From an uncultured Acidimicrobiales bacterium (lineage in GTDB: Bacteria; Actinomycetota; Acidimicrobiia; Acidimicrobiales; SHLQ01): DNA of 64,000 nt. The notes below the pieces were generated by a model. The model saw nothing but the letters and a program-made list of their open reading frames with translations. It did no database searches and was not told where the DNA came from. The position numbers and the translations under genes were made by a program. Position 1 is the first letter of the stretch, and the number at the start of each line of letters is the position of its first letter. Where the stretch lies: positions 7,199-71,198 of the forward strand of contig CALKGG010000028.1 in NCBI GenBank assembly GCA_938084885.1. The letters run 5' to 3'. Positions 1 through 8,698 of this stretch are shown here, one piece after another.

Positions 1-1
1 C

Positions 2-55
2 GACTCAACCGACGATGAACGCGGCAGCGTCCTGAAGTTCCTGCGTCGCGACTAG
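2..55 (+). CDS. 3' end of an upstream gene (partial, ...DSTDDERGSVLKFLRRD*)
   Basis: Open frame from the window edge to TAG at 53-55, which overlaps the GTG start of the next gene (TAGTG); function not assignable from 17 residues. Confidence 0.5.
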   Translation, partial: DSTDDERGSVLKFLRRD

Positions 56-900
56 TGCAGTTTGCGCTCCTCTGCGCGGTAATTGGTTTGCTCGTCGGAC
101 CAGCGCTCGCGTTCATTGCCGAACTCGTTCCAGATCGCTCAGGAGGCGGCCAATCACCGCGGAACTGTCGAAACTGTCACGTGCACGTCTCGGCCTTTGC
201 TGCGTATCTGCCGTTTCGGACAACGGCGTCGAGATGCCCCCACTGTGACCACCAGATATCTGCCGGACGGCTACCCATCGTTCTTGCCACCAGTGCGATC
301 TTTGCTGCGGTAGGAAACGTGATCGGCGCCCGCTGGCAAGTGATTCCCGTGTTGTTCCTCGCCGCTGCAATCATTGCACTCTCCGCAGTCGACCTGGCCC
401 GCTACCGGTTGCCCGACAAACTGCTCTTCCCGTCGCTTGGCACCGGCGTGGCGATGCTCGCGATCTTCGCCGTCGCCACCAACACCACCGATCACTTCGT
501 TCGTGGCCTCGTAGCAATGTTGGCCTACGGCGTCGTGCTACTCATCCCGAACTTGATCATGCCCGCCGGTCTTGCCTTTGGCGACGTCAAGCTCGCACTA
601 CTCCTTGGACTCTTCCTTGGTTGGACCGCCGAAACAAGCATCGGTGCTGCTCGGCTCGTGATCTTTGCCATGTTGCTCGGAATGGTCTTTGGAGCATTCA
701 CTGGCCTCATTGTTGGACTCGGACGCCGCGCCTTTGGCCACGGGTTCGTGCCAGACCCCGACGTTCCACCGCCAGAAGACGGCTCGTTCGAACCACTCCT
801 GCGAACCGCGGCGCCGTTTGGACCAGCGCTCGCGTTTGCCGCCCTCATCTTGATCTTGTTCTCCGAGCAGTTCCTGGCAGGCGCCAGCATCTTGTCGTAA
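55..900 (+). CDS. Prepilin peptidase, A24 family (PilD-like)
   Basis: CxxC...CPHC zinc motifs, multiple TM segments, catalytic 'VDLARYRLPD' and 'FGDVKL', C-terminal 'PFGPAL'. Confidence 0.88.
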   Translation: MQFALLCAVIGLLVGPALAFIAELVPDRSGGGQSPRNCRNCHVHVSAFAAYLPFRTTASRCPHCDHQISAGRLPIVLATSAIFAAVGNVIGARWQVIPVLFLAAAIIALSAVDLARYRLPDKLLFPSLGTGVAMLAIFAVATNTTDHFVRGLVAMLAYGVVLLIPNLIMPAGLAFGDVKLALLLGLFLGWTAETSIGAARLVIFAMLLGMVFGAFTGLIVGLGRRAFGHGFVPDPDVPPPEDGSFEPLLRTAAPFGPALAFAALILILFSEQFLAGASILS

Positions 901-920
901 TCGATTCAACAGAAGTGCCG

Positions 921-926
921 TACGAT
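921..926 (+). promoter_or_regulatory. Putative -10 element (TACGAT) of a leaderless aroB transcript
   Basis: TANNNT hexamer 6 nt before ATG 933; no SD. Confidence 0.55.
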
Positions 927-932
927 CTAGGG

Positions 933-1979
933 ATGGAACGAAAGACCGTTACCGTCGCCCTCGGTGATCGCAGCTACCCGGTAGAGATTGGATTCGGCGT
1001 TCGTCATCACGTGCGCGACTACCTCCCCGAGCGCACCCGACGGGTCGCCGTGGTGACCCAAGAACGCATTGGCGTCCGCATCGACTGCGGCGACGTCGAA
1101 ACGCGTGTCTTTACGATTGGCCAAGGCGAAGAGCACAAAACACTGTCGACGATCGAGTCGTTGTGCCGCGCCTTCGCCGACTGGGGTTTGAACCGCAACG
1201 ACGTCGTTGTTGGGGTCGGTGGCGGCATCGTCACCGACGTGGCTGGCTTCGCTGCGTCGGTCTTTCATCGAGGTATGCCGGTCATTCATGTGGCCACGAC
1301 ACTGCTCGGCCAAATCGATGCGGCAATCGGCGGTAAAACCGGCGTCAACCTACCGGAGGGCAAGAACCTCGTCGGGACCTACTGGCAACCACTCGCTGTG
1401 TTGTGCGACGTCGAGACCCTCGACACACTTCCCGCACGCCACTACCGGGCGGGCCTTGGCGAACTTGCCAAATACCATTTCTTAGACGAGGCATCGACAC
1501 GAGAACCCGCAATTCTCGACAACGGTCGCCTCGCTGGCGACGACCTCGTCGACCGTGTGGCATGGTCGGTGCAGATGAAGGCCGATGTGGTCAGTGCCGA
1601 CGAGCGCGAAGGGGGACGGCGGGCGCTGCTCAACTACGGCCACACGCTGGGTCATTGCCTCGAGATTCTCTCTCATCACGACCTGCTTCACGGAGAGGCG
1701 GTCGGCATTGGGATCGCGTACGCCGCCGAAGTTGCCTTGGAGATGGGCCGAATCGATGATGCGCGCGTGGCCCACCACCGTGAGATCCTGGCCGGATATG
1801 ACCTCGCCATGACCCCGCCTGGAAGTCCGAGCTTTGCTGACATCACCCCGCTGCTTGCCCGCGACAAGAAAGCGCTCGACGGCATCACATTTATCCTCGA
1901 TGGCCAATCCGGTTGCGAAGTCGTCGAAAAGGTCGACCTTGACGTGCTGGCCCGCTCATACGAGCGGTTCATTTCATGA
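933..1979 (+). CDS. aroB: 3-dehydroquinate synthase
   Basis: GGGIVTDVAGF, TTLLGQIDAAIGGKTGVN, LNYGHTLGH and LLHGEAV motifs; start moved from 621 to ATG 933. Confidence 0.95.
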   Translation: MERKTVTVALGDRSYPVEIGFGVRHHVRDYLPERTRRVAVVTQERIGVRIDCGDVETRVFTIGQGEEHKTLSTIESLCRAFADWGLNRNDVVVGVGGGIVTDVAGFAASVFHRGMPVIHVATTLLGQIDAAIGGKTGVNLPEGKNLVGTYWQPLAVLCDVETLDTLPARHYRAGLGELAKYHFLDEASTREPAILDNGRLAGDDLVDRVAWSVQMKADVVSADEREGGRRALLNYGHTLGHCLEILSHHDLLHGEAVGIGIAYAAEVALEMGRIDDARVAHHREILAGYDLAMTPPGSPSFADITPLLARDKKALDGITFILDGQSGCEVVEKVDLDVLARSYERFIS

Positions 1980-3079
1980 GCATTCCCGTTGCCCGAACCC
2001 GAATAGGTCAACTCCGCGAGCGGCTTGAAACCGCAGAGCTCGACGCTTTTGTCGTCACGAATGCAACCAACATTCGTTATCTCACCGGGTTCACCGGGAG
2101 CAACGGCACCGTCGTGATTCGAGACTCGAGCGCCGTGCTCATCACCGACAACCGCTACGGAGAACGAGCAGCCGACGAACTTTCCTCGGCACGAGAACAC
2201 ACTGGCCCAGAGGTCGAAGTCATCCTCGCTGCTGGCGCTGGCCACCAACACGTGGCCCGCCACGTCGCTGCGGCAAACGCCATTGGGCTCGAAGCCAACG
2301 ATCTGTCGTGGGCACAGGCCAACAACCTCCAAGAGCGCCTCGGTGCGGATCGGGTGCGACCAACCTCGGGCATTGTCGAAGCGCTCCGCGAGTTCAAGAG
2401 CGCAATCGAGATCGAACACATGGGTCAGGCCGCAGCGATTGCCGATGGTGCGCTCGCCGAAGTTCTGGCAGAGGGGCTTGCTGGACGCAGCGAACGCGAA
2501 ATCCAACGACACCTCGACCACACGGCCGCCACGCTGGGAGCAGATGGAGCAAGCTTCGACACCATTGTTGCCTCCGGACCCAACAGCTCGCGACCGCACC
2601 ATGAAGCCGGCGACCGGGTTGTCACTACCGGCGACCTGGTCATCATCGACTTCGGCGCAGAGGTGAGCGGCTACCGCTCCGACATGACCCGTACGTTCAT
2701 CGTCGGGACGCCGACAGGCCAACAGCAGCGAATGCTCGACGCCGTCGAGGCCGCCCAAGCCGCCGGCGTTTCCGCTGTCGCAGCGGGCGCTGCGACCTCG
2801 AGCGTCGATGCGGCGTGTCGAGAAGTTCTCGCGACCTACGACCTCGAGCAGTACTTCATCCACGGCACTGGCCACGGTGTTGGTTTGGATATCCACGAAG
2901 CGCCGTCGGTGAGTGCAACCTCGACTGCTACGCTCGCCCCTGGCCACGTGATCACCGTCGAACCAGGCGTGTACATCTCCAGTGTCGGAGGCGTTCGCGT
3001 CGAGGACACGGTGGTGGTCACGAACGTCGGTGTCGAAACGCTGACCTGTAGCCCGAAGCAACCAGTGATCGCCGTCTAG
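1976..3079 (+). CDS. pepQ: Xaa-Pro aminopeptidase (M24B)
   Basis: NIRYLTGFTGS, DFGA..GYRSDMTRT, HGTGHGVGLDIHE and TVEPG..GGVRVED motifs; synteny before efp. Confidence 0.9.
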   Translation: MSIPVARTRIGQLRERLETAELDAFVVTNATNIRYLTGFTGSNGTVVIRDSSAVLITDNRYGERAADELSSAREHTGPEVEVILAAGAGHQHVARHVAAANAIGLEANDLSWAQANNLQERLGADRVRPTSGIVEALREFKSAIEIEHMGQAAAIADGALAEVLAEGLAGRSEREIQRHLDHTAATLGADGASFDTIVASGPNSSRPHHEAGDRVVTTGDLVIIDFGAEVSGYRSDMTRTFIVGTPTGQQQRMLDAVEAAQAAGVSAVAAGAATSSVDAACREVLATYDLEQYFIHGTGHGVGLDIHEAPSVSATSTATLAPGHVITVEPGVYISSVGGVRVEDTVVVTNVGVETLTCSPKQPVIAV

Positions 3080-3112
3080 CGCGTTACTGAGACTGAAGAC
3101 CGAAGGAAACCC

Positions 3113-3676
3113 ATGCCGACTATCACCACGAACGATCTGAAGAACGGAATGCACCTCGACCTCGACGGCGACTTGGTGCAGGTCATGGCGTTCCAACACG
3201 TCAAGCCCGGAAAGGGCGGAGCGTTTGTTCGCAGCACGCTAAAGAACGTGCGCACTGGCTCGACCGTCGATCGAACCTTCCGCGCCGGCGAAAAGGTCGA
3301 ACGGGCAATGATCGACAAGCGCGACATGCAATACCTCTACAAAGACGGCACGGACTTTGTGTTCATGGATACCGAGACCTACGACCAGCGCAACGTGCCG
3401 CCGGCAACGTTGGGCGACGCTGCTGACTATTTGATCGAAGGTCGTTCGGCGAACGTGCTCTTGTACGGCGAGGAAATTGTGGGCACCGACTTGCCTCCAT
3501 CGGTCGAGCTGGCCATTGCCCAGACCGAACCAGGTGTGCAAGGCGACCGTTCGTCAGGCGGAACGAAACCCGCCACGCTCGAAACCGGGAAGGCCATTCA
3601 GGTGCCGTTGTTTGTCAACATTGGTGATGTGGTCAAGGTCGATACCCGTTCTGGCGACTACCTGTCGCGGGTCTGA
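3113..3676 (+). CDS. efp: Translation elongation factor P
   Basis: [13 protein letters not shown] and KPATLETG...VPLF motifs; GAAGGA SD. Confidence 0.97.
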   Translation: MPTITTNDLKNGMHLDLDGDLVQVMAFQHVKPGKGGAFVRSTLKNVRTGSTVDRTFRAGEKVERAMIDKRDMQYLYKDGTDFVFMDTETYDQRNVPPATLGDAADYLIEGRSANVLLYGEEIVGTDLPPSVELAIAQTEPGVQGDRSSGGTKPATLETGKAIQVPLFVNIGDVVKVDTRSGDYLSRV

Positions 3677-3678
3677 TC

Positions 3679-4083
3679 GTGGACCCACTTCAGCTCTCTC
3701 GACGCGAAGACCGCGAAACCTGTCTGGCGCTCCTCTACGAAGCCGATATGACGAGCGACTCGATTGCCGACGTGCTTGTTCGCAACCACGCCGACGAAGA
3801 CGACTACGGCACGTCGATCGTGGTGGGAGTCGACGCGCATCTCCACCAGATCGACGCGTTGATCGATGACGTGGCCGAAGATTGGACCGTGTCTCGAATG
3901 AGCGGGATCGATCGTTCGATTCTGCGCATGGGCGTGTGGGAACTCGTCCACAGCCCCGAGGTGCCAACAACGGCGGTTGTGTCCGAAGCTGTTGCGCTCG
4001 CCGAGGACTATTCGACCGAAAAGTCAGCACCGTTCATCAACGGCATTCTCGTCAAGCTTGCCTCGACCCAACGCATGAACTGA
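3679..4083 (+). CDS. nusB: Transcription antitermination factor NusB
   Basis: RMSGIDRSILR, EAVALA and FINGIL motifs; follows efp. Confidence 0.92.
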   Translation: MDPLQLSRREDRETCLALLYEADMTSDSIADVLVRNHADEDDYGTSIVVGVDAHLHQIDALIDDVAEDWTVSRMSGIDRSILRMGVWELVHSPEVPTTAVVSEAVALAEDYSTEKSAPFINGILVKLASTQRMN

Positions 4084-4141
4084 TCGTGATACGCGCTGAC
4101 GCTCCGTTGACCATCGGGCGCCCCTAGCCACCGGGATTGGA

Positions 4142-4660
4142 ATGGACGCTCGTTCGATCGCTGCGGTGTGTGATCAACTGACGACCACCGGCGGATTTCG
4201 GCTCGAACCCTGGCGCGAAGCCTGGGCCGGCACTCTCGTCGAGGCCTGGACCGACCCCGATATTGCTCGGTGGAATCCGGTGCCACCAGAACCATCGATC
4301 GAACGTGCGTCGTCGTGGATTCTCAGCACCGCGTCCCAAAATGAAGCCAGTGTCGGGATCGATGTGGTGCTCGTCGACGACCACAGCGACACTCCAGCTG
4401 GTGAGATTGGTTTGCAGATCGACCCAGCCCAGGCAATTGCTGAGATTGGGTTCTGGCTCGCTCGGCCATTCCGCGGTCGGGGAATTGGACAAACCCTGCT
4501 CAGCAGCGCCGAAGAACTTGCCAAGGTTCTCGAGCTTCGTGGATTGATAGCTCTTGTCGATCCCGCCAACAACGCGGCCATCTCGGTGTGTGCAGCACGA
4601 GGCTGGGTCGAGGTTCCCACTCGAAGCCATCGTCGGGCCTGGGCGTATCGAGCAGCCTGA
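4142..4660 (+). CDS. GNAT acetyltransferase (RimJ/RimL-like)
   Basis: AEIGFWL..PFRGRGIG acetyl-CoA motif and DPANNAAI. Confidence 0.8.
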   Translation: MDARSIAAVCDQLTTTGGFRLEPWREAWAGTLVEAWTDPDIARWNPVPPEPSIERASSWILSTASQNEASVGIDVVLVDDHSDTPAGEIGLQIDPAQAIAEIGFWLARPFRGRGIGQTLLSSAEELAKVLELRGLIALVDPANNAAISVCAARGWVEVPTRSHRRAWAYRAA

Positions 4661-4722
4661 CCAAAAACTTCCAAATTCCCGTCCCTCAGTGGCGCGACTT
4701 GCGTGGCAAACCACTACGGTGA

Positions 4723-4767
4723 CTTTCGTTCGTGAAGCGGGTCCCGTGAGGCCCGTACGAATGGAGG
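4723..4767 (+). promoter_or_regulatory. PyrR-binding RNA stem-loop whose lower stem overlaps the pyrR SD
   Basis: GGGTCCCGTGAGGCCC resembles the PyrR binding-loop consensus (UCC-GNGA-GG); TTCGT 4729-33 pairs with ACGAA 4757-61 and the stem extends into GGAGG 4763-67; TACGGT -10 at 4715-20. Confidence 0.85.
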
Positions 4768-4771
4768 AATT

Positions 4772-5383
4772 GTGGCAGACGCGGATCTTCGGCGAACCCG
4801 AGCGGTCGCCTTTGGACGAAGTGGGTTGAGCAGATTTGTTCCCCAGACCACCGTTCTCAACGCTGACGATGTGGCCCGCGCCCTCAAACGCATGGCTCAC
4901 GAGATCATCGAAGCAAACAGCGGTCTCGACGATGTCATCATCATTGGTATGGAACGGGGCGGAGTCCCGATCGCCACCGCAATTGCGAGCGCACTCGAGT
5001 CGATCGAAAACCACGCCATCGAGTTCGGGACGCTCGACGTGAGCTTCTACCGCGACGATATTTCCACCACATCGATCCTTCCCGAGGTCACAAAGATGCC
5101 CTACTCGGTGACGAACAAGCACGTGGTCCTCTGCGACGACGTGCTCTTCACAGGCCGCACCGTCCGCGCTGCACTCGACGCCGTAACCGACTTTGGTCGA
5201 CCGAAGAGCATCCAGCTTGCCGTGATGGTCGACCGAGGACATCGCGAACTGCCAATCCGGCCAGACTTCGTTGGAAAGAACCTCCCAACATCGCGAAGCG
5301 AAAGCGTCCGGGTATCGATCGACGGCGTCGAACTTGGCACGACCGAACGAATCGAATCGGGCACTCGAGAGAGCGATTCGTGA
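4772..5383 (+). CDS. pyrR: Bifunctional pyr regulator / uracil phosphoribosyltransferase
   Basis: RMAHEIIE, DVSFYRDD, DDVLFTGRTVRAA and DRGHRELPIRPDFVGKN motifs; GGAGG SD before GTG 4772. Confidence 0.95.
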   Translation: MADADLRRTRAVAFGRSGLSRFVPQTTVLNADDVARALKRMAHEIIEANSGLDDVIIIGMERGGVPIATAIASALESIENHAIEFGTLDVSFYRDDISTTSILPEVTKMPYSVTNKHVVLCDDVLFTGRTVRAALDAVTDFGRPKSIQLAVMVDRGHRELPIRPDFVGKNLPTSRSESVRVSIDGVELGTTERIESGTRESDS

Positions 5384-6300
5384 ACGACCTGCTCACCATT
5401 GAGGATCTCGGCGCCGACGGCATCAACGAGATCATGCTCACCGCCGACAGCATGGCCGAAGTCAGCGCTCGGCCCATCCCCAAAGTTCCCGCGCTACGTG
5501 GCAAGACCGTTGCGTCGATGTTCTTCGAAGACTCGACGAGAACGCGAACGTCGTTCGAAACCGCGGCCAAACGGCTGTCTGCCGATGTGCTCAACTTCAG
5601 CGCCTCATCATCGTCGGTTAACAAGGGCGAGTCCCTACGCGACACCGTCGAAACCATCGAAGCCATGGGCGTCGACGCCATCATTGTTCGGCATCGCTCC
5701 TCGGGTGCACCACGCCAAGTTGCCCAATGGGCCGAGGCGCCGGTGATCAACGCAGGCGATGGTTGGCACGCACACCCAACCCAGTCGCTTCTCGACGCCT
5801 ACACAATCCGTGCCGAAGGCCGCGACTTCGAAGGGCTCAATATCGCCATCGTGGGCGACGTCTCCCATAGTCGGGTCGCCCGCAGCAACATCGAAGCCTT
5901 CTCGGTGCTCGGCGCCAACGTCACACTCGTCGCACCACCAACGCTGCTCCCGCCTCACGTCGAAGCACTCGGGGCAACGGTCTCGCACAGCCTCGACGCC
6001 GTGCTCGCCGAAACCGACGTGCTGTACCTGCTTCGAATGCAGCACGAACGCATGGACCAAGCGTTGGTGCCCTCGCTTGGTGAATATCACCGAACCTTCG
6101 GCCTGACCCCCGAACGGGCAAAGCAACTACCGTCGAACGCGTTGATCATGCACCCCGGCCCGATGAACCGAGGAATCGAGATCTCGCCCGAGGTCATCGA
6201 TGATCCTCGGGTTCGGGTGCTCAACCAGGTCGCGAATGGTGTGGTTGTACGAATGGCCGTCCTCTATTTGGTCGTTGGATCGAACGGAGGGGTCATATGA
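5380..6300 (+). CDS. pyrB: Aspartate carbamoyltransferase catalytic subunit
   Basis: FFEDSTRTR, HPTQSLLD and MHPGPMNRG motifs. Confidence 0.97.
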   Translation: MNDLLTIEDLGADGINEIMLTADSMAEVSARPIPKVPALRGKTVASMFFEDSTRTRTSFETAAKRLSADVLNFSASSSSVNKGESLRDTVETIEAMGVDAIIVRHRSSGAPRQVAQWAEAPVINAGDGWHAHPTQSLLDAYTIRAEGRDFEGLNIAIVGDVSHSRVARSNIEAFSVLGANVTLVAPPTLLPPHVEALGATVSHSLDAVLAETDVLYLLRMQHERMDQALVPSLGEYHRTFGLTPERAKQLPSNALIMHPGPMNRGIEISPEVIDDPRVRVLNQVANGVVVRMAVLYLVVGSNGGVI

Positions 6301-7598
6301 GCACGTTCCTCCACGGTGGGTCGATCGTCGGCCCGAACGGGGTCGAAACCGCCGACGTCTTGATCACCGGCAACTCGATCGTCGCAGTGGGAACGAACCT
6401 GCCGGTCCCTGCATCTGCTCGCACGATCGACAGCACCGGAATGGTCATACTTCCCGGTCTCGTCGACATTCATTCGCACCTTCGCGAACCAGGCAACGAA
6501 GAAGCCGAGACCATCCAAACCGGGGCCCGTGGTGCCGCGCTCGGCGGGTTTACTGCCGTTGTTGCAATGCCCAACACAAACCCGACGATCGATTCCCCCT
6601 CGGTTGTGCGCGATGTGCTCGCCCTCGCCGAGGGCGTGGCGTGCGAGGTGCTTCCGGCGGCCGCGATGACCGTTGGTCGAAAGGGCGAACTGCTCACCCC
6701 AATGGGCGAACTCGCAGCAATGGGCGTGCGCATCTTCACCGACGACGGATCTGGCGTACAGAACCCGGCAATGATGCGCTCGATCATGGAATACGCCACA
6801 GGCCTTGAGGCAATCACCGACGGCGAACCCATCGTGCTCGCCCAGCATTGCGACGTGACGGCCCTGAGCGACCGTGGCCACATGCATGAAGGGGAGTGGT
6901 CGACCCGGCTCGGTATGGCGGGCCAACCCGTCATTGCCGAAACGCTCATGATGCAGCGCGACGTTGCCCTCGCCGAACTAACCGGGGCACGAATCCACTT
7001 CCAACACGTGTCATCAGCCCATGGGGTCGAGATCATTCGGTCAGCCAAGGCATCGGGTTTGGCCGTCACCGCCGAAGCAACCACGCACCACTTCACGCTC
7101 ACCGATGCGGCATGCGCGGGATACGACCCGGTGTTCAAAGTGCACCCGCCACTGCGAACCAGCGACGATGTGGCAGCGATCCGCGAGGGGCTCGCCGACG
7201 GGACGATCGACGCGATTGCGACCGATCATGCGCCGCACGAGCCACATACGAAAGAATTTTCCTTCGATCATGCACCGCCGGGAATGCTTGGCTTCGAAAC
7301 AGCGCTCAGCCTTGCACTGCACGAGCTCGGCCTACCTCTTGAACGGATCGTCGAGTTGATGAGCGTACGACCCGCCGAAATCGCCGGCATTGGCGATAGG
7401 CATGGACGCCTGATCGAAACGGGAAATCGGGCCAACCTGGCCATCGTCGACGTCGACGAAACGTGGACGGTGGCCGGCACTGCCATGGCGAGCAGAAGTC
7501 AGAACACCCCCTATGAGGGAAGAGAGCTGAAGGGCAAAGTGAAATACACGATCGTTGAAGGCGAGATCACTGTGGACCAAGGAGTAGCGACTCGATGA
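6297..7598 (+). CDS. pyrC: Dihydroorotase
   Basis: DIHSHLREPG, MPNTNP and IATDHAPH motifs. Confidence 0.96.
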   Translation: MSTFLHGGSIVGPNGVETADVLITGNSIVAVGTNLPVPASARTIDSTGMVILPGLVDIHSHLREPGNEEAETIQTGARGAALGGFTAVVAMPNTNPTIDSPSVVRDVLALAEGVACEVLPAAAMTVGRKGELLTPMGELAAMGVRIFTDDGSGVQNPAMMRSIMEYATGLEAITDGEPIVLAQHCDVTALSDRGHMHEGEWSTRLGMAGQPVIAETLMMQRDVALAELTGARIHFQHVSSAHGVEIIRSAKASGLAVTAEATTHHFTLTDAACAGYDPVFKVHPPLRTSDDVAAIREGLADGTIDAIATDHAPHEPHTKEFSFDHAPPGMLGFETALSLALHELGLPLERIVELMSVRPAEIAGIGDRHGRLIETGNRANLAIVDVDETWTVAGTAMASRSQNTPYEGRELKGKVKYTIVEGEITVDQGVATR

Positions 7599-8698
7599 CC
7601 GGACCAACACAAGCAGCACTCGTTCTCGCCGACGGGACCGTCTTTGAGGGCGAGGCATTCGGAGCGATCGCCGAAAATGGCGTGAGCAGCGGTGAGGTCG
7701 TGTTCAACACCGTCATGACCGGATACCAAGAGGTGATCACCGACCCCAGCTATGCCGGGCAGATCATCACCTTCACCTACCCCCACATTGGCAACTACGG
7801 AACGAACGCCGTCGACCACGAGTCTCGGGCGTCGTTCTGTCGTGGCGTGATTATTCGCGACCCAGCCCGCCGGGCGAGCAACTACCGCAGCGAAGACGAG
7901 TTCTCGACATACCTGCTCGCCAACAACATCTCTGGCATTGCGGGCCTCGATACCCGTCGCCTCACCCGTCACATTCGTGACCTCGGAGCAATGCCTGGTG
8001 CCTTTGGCACCGCCGATGAAGCCACCCTCCTCGCTGCGGCAAAAGCCGAACCCGGAACCGACGGCATCGATCTCGTCTCGACGGTCACCTGCGCCGAGCC
8101 GTACACGGTGAATGGTGACGGTCCTCGCACGATCGTCGCGCTCGACTTCGGTATCAAGACGTCGATCCTGACGCAGCTGAAACGTCTTGGCACGGTCGAG
8201 GTTGTGCCTGCGAGCACCACCGCAGCAGACATTCTCAGCCGGCATCCCGACGGAGTGTTTTTGTCGAACGGGCCCGGCGACCCCGAACCGCTCGGTTATA
8301 TCCGCGAAACGATTTCCGAGCTGCTCGGTCAGGTCCCGATCTTTGGCATTTGCCTCGGCCATCAGCTGCTCGCAGCCACGCTTGGGGCAACCACCTACAA
8401 GCTGCCCTTCGGCCATCACGGCGGCAACCATCCAGTGATGCGGCTGCGGGACCGCAAGGTCGAGATCACCTCGCAGAACCACAACTTTGCGGTCGAAGAA
8501 TCGTCGCTCGTCGGCGCCGAACTCACCCACATCAACCTGAACGACCACACCGTCCAAGGCCTCGCCTGCACCGACGTCGCCGCGTTCAGTGTCCAATACC
8601 ACCCAGAGGCGGGCCCCGGCCCGCACGACAGCCGCTATCTCTTCGATGACTTCGAAGCACTCATGGAGTCCACGAACTCCACGAACGGAGCGCTCTAA
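7595..8698 (+). CDS. carA: Carbamoyl-phosphate synthase small subunit
   Basis: GEVVFNT, SNGPGDP, GICLGHQ and [10 protein letters not shown] motifs. Confidence 0.97.
   Translation: MTGPTQAALVLADGTVFEGEAFGAIAENGVSSGEVVFNTVMTGYQEVITDPSYAGQIITFTYPHIGNYGTNAVDHESRASFCRGVIIRDPARRASNYRSEDEFSTYLLANNISGIAGLDTRRLTRHIRDLGAMPGAFGTADEATLLAAAKAEPGTDGIDLVSTVTCAEPYTVNGDGPRTIVALDFGIKTSILTQLKRLGTVEVVPASTTAADILSRHPDGVFLSNGPGDPEPLGYIRETISELLGQVPIFGICLGHQLLAATLGATTYKLPFGHHGGNHPVMRLRDRKVEITSQNHNFAVEESSLVGAELTHINLNDHTVQGLACTDVAAFSVQYHPEAGPGPHDSRYLFDDFEALMESTNSTNGAL

Noticed and set aside
1688-3199. Long antisense ORFs (also 8983-10329, 27337-28692, 54254-55444, 58426-59598)
   Set aside because: Typical shadow frames of high-GC codon usage, opposite well-supported housekeeping genes.
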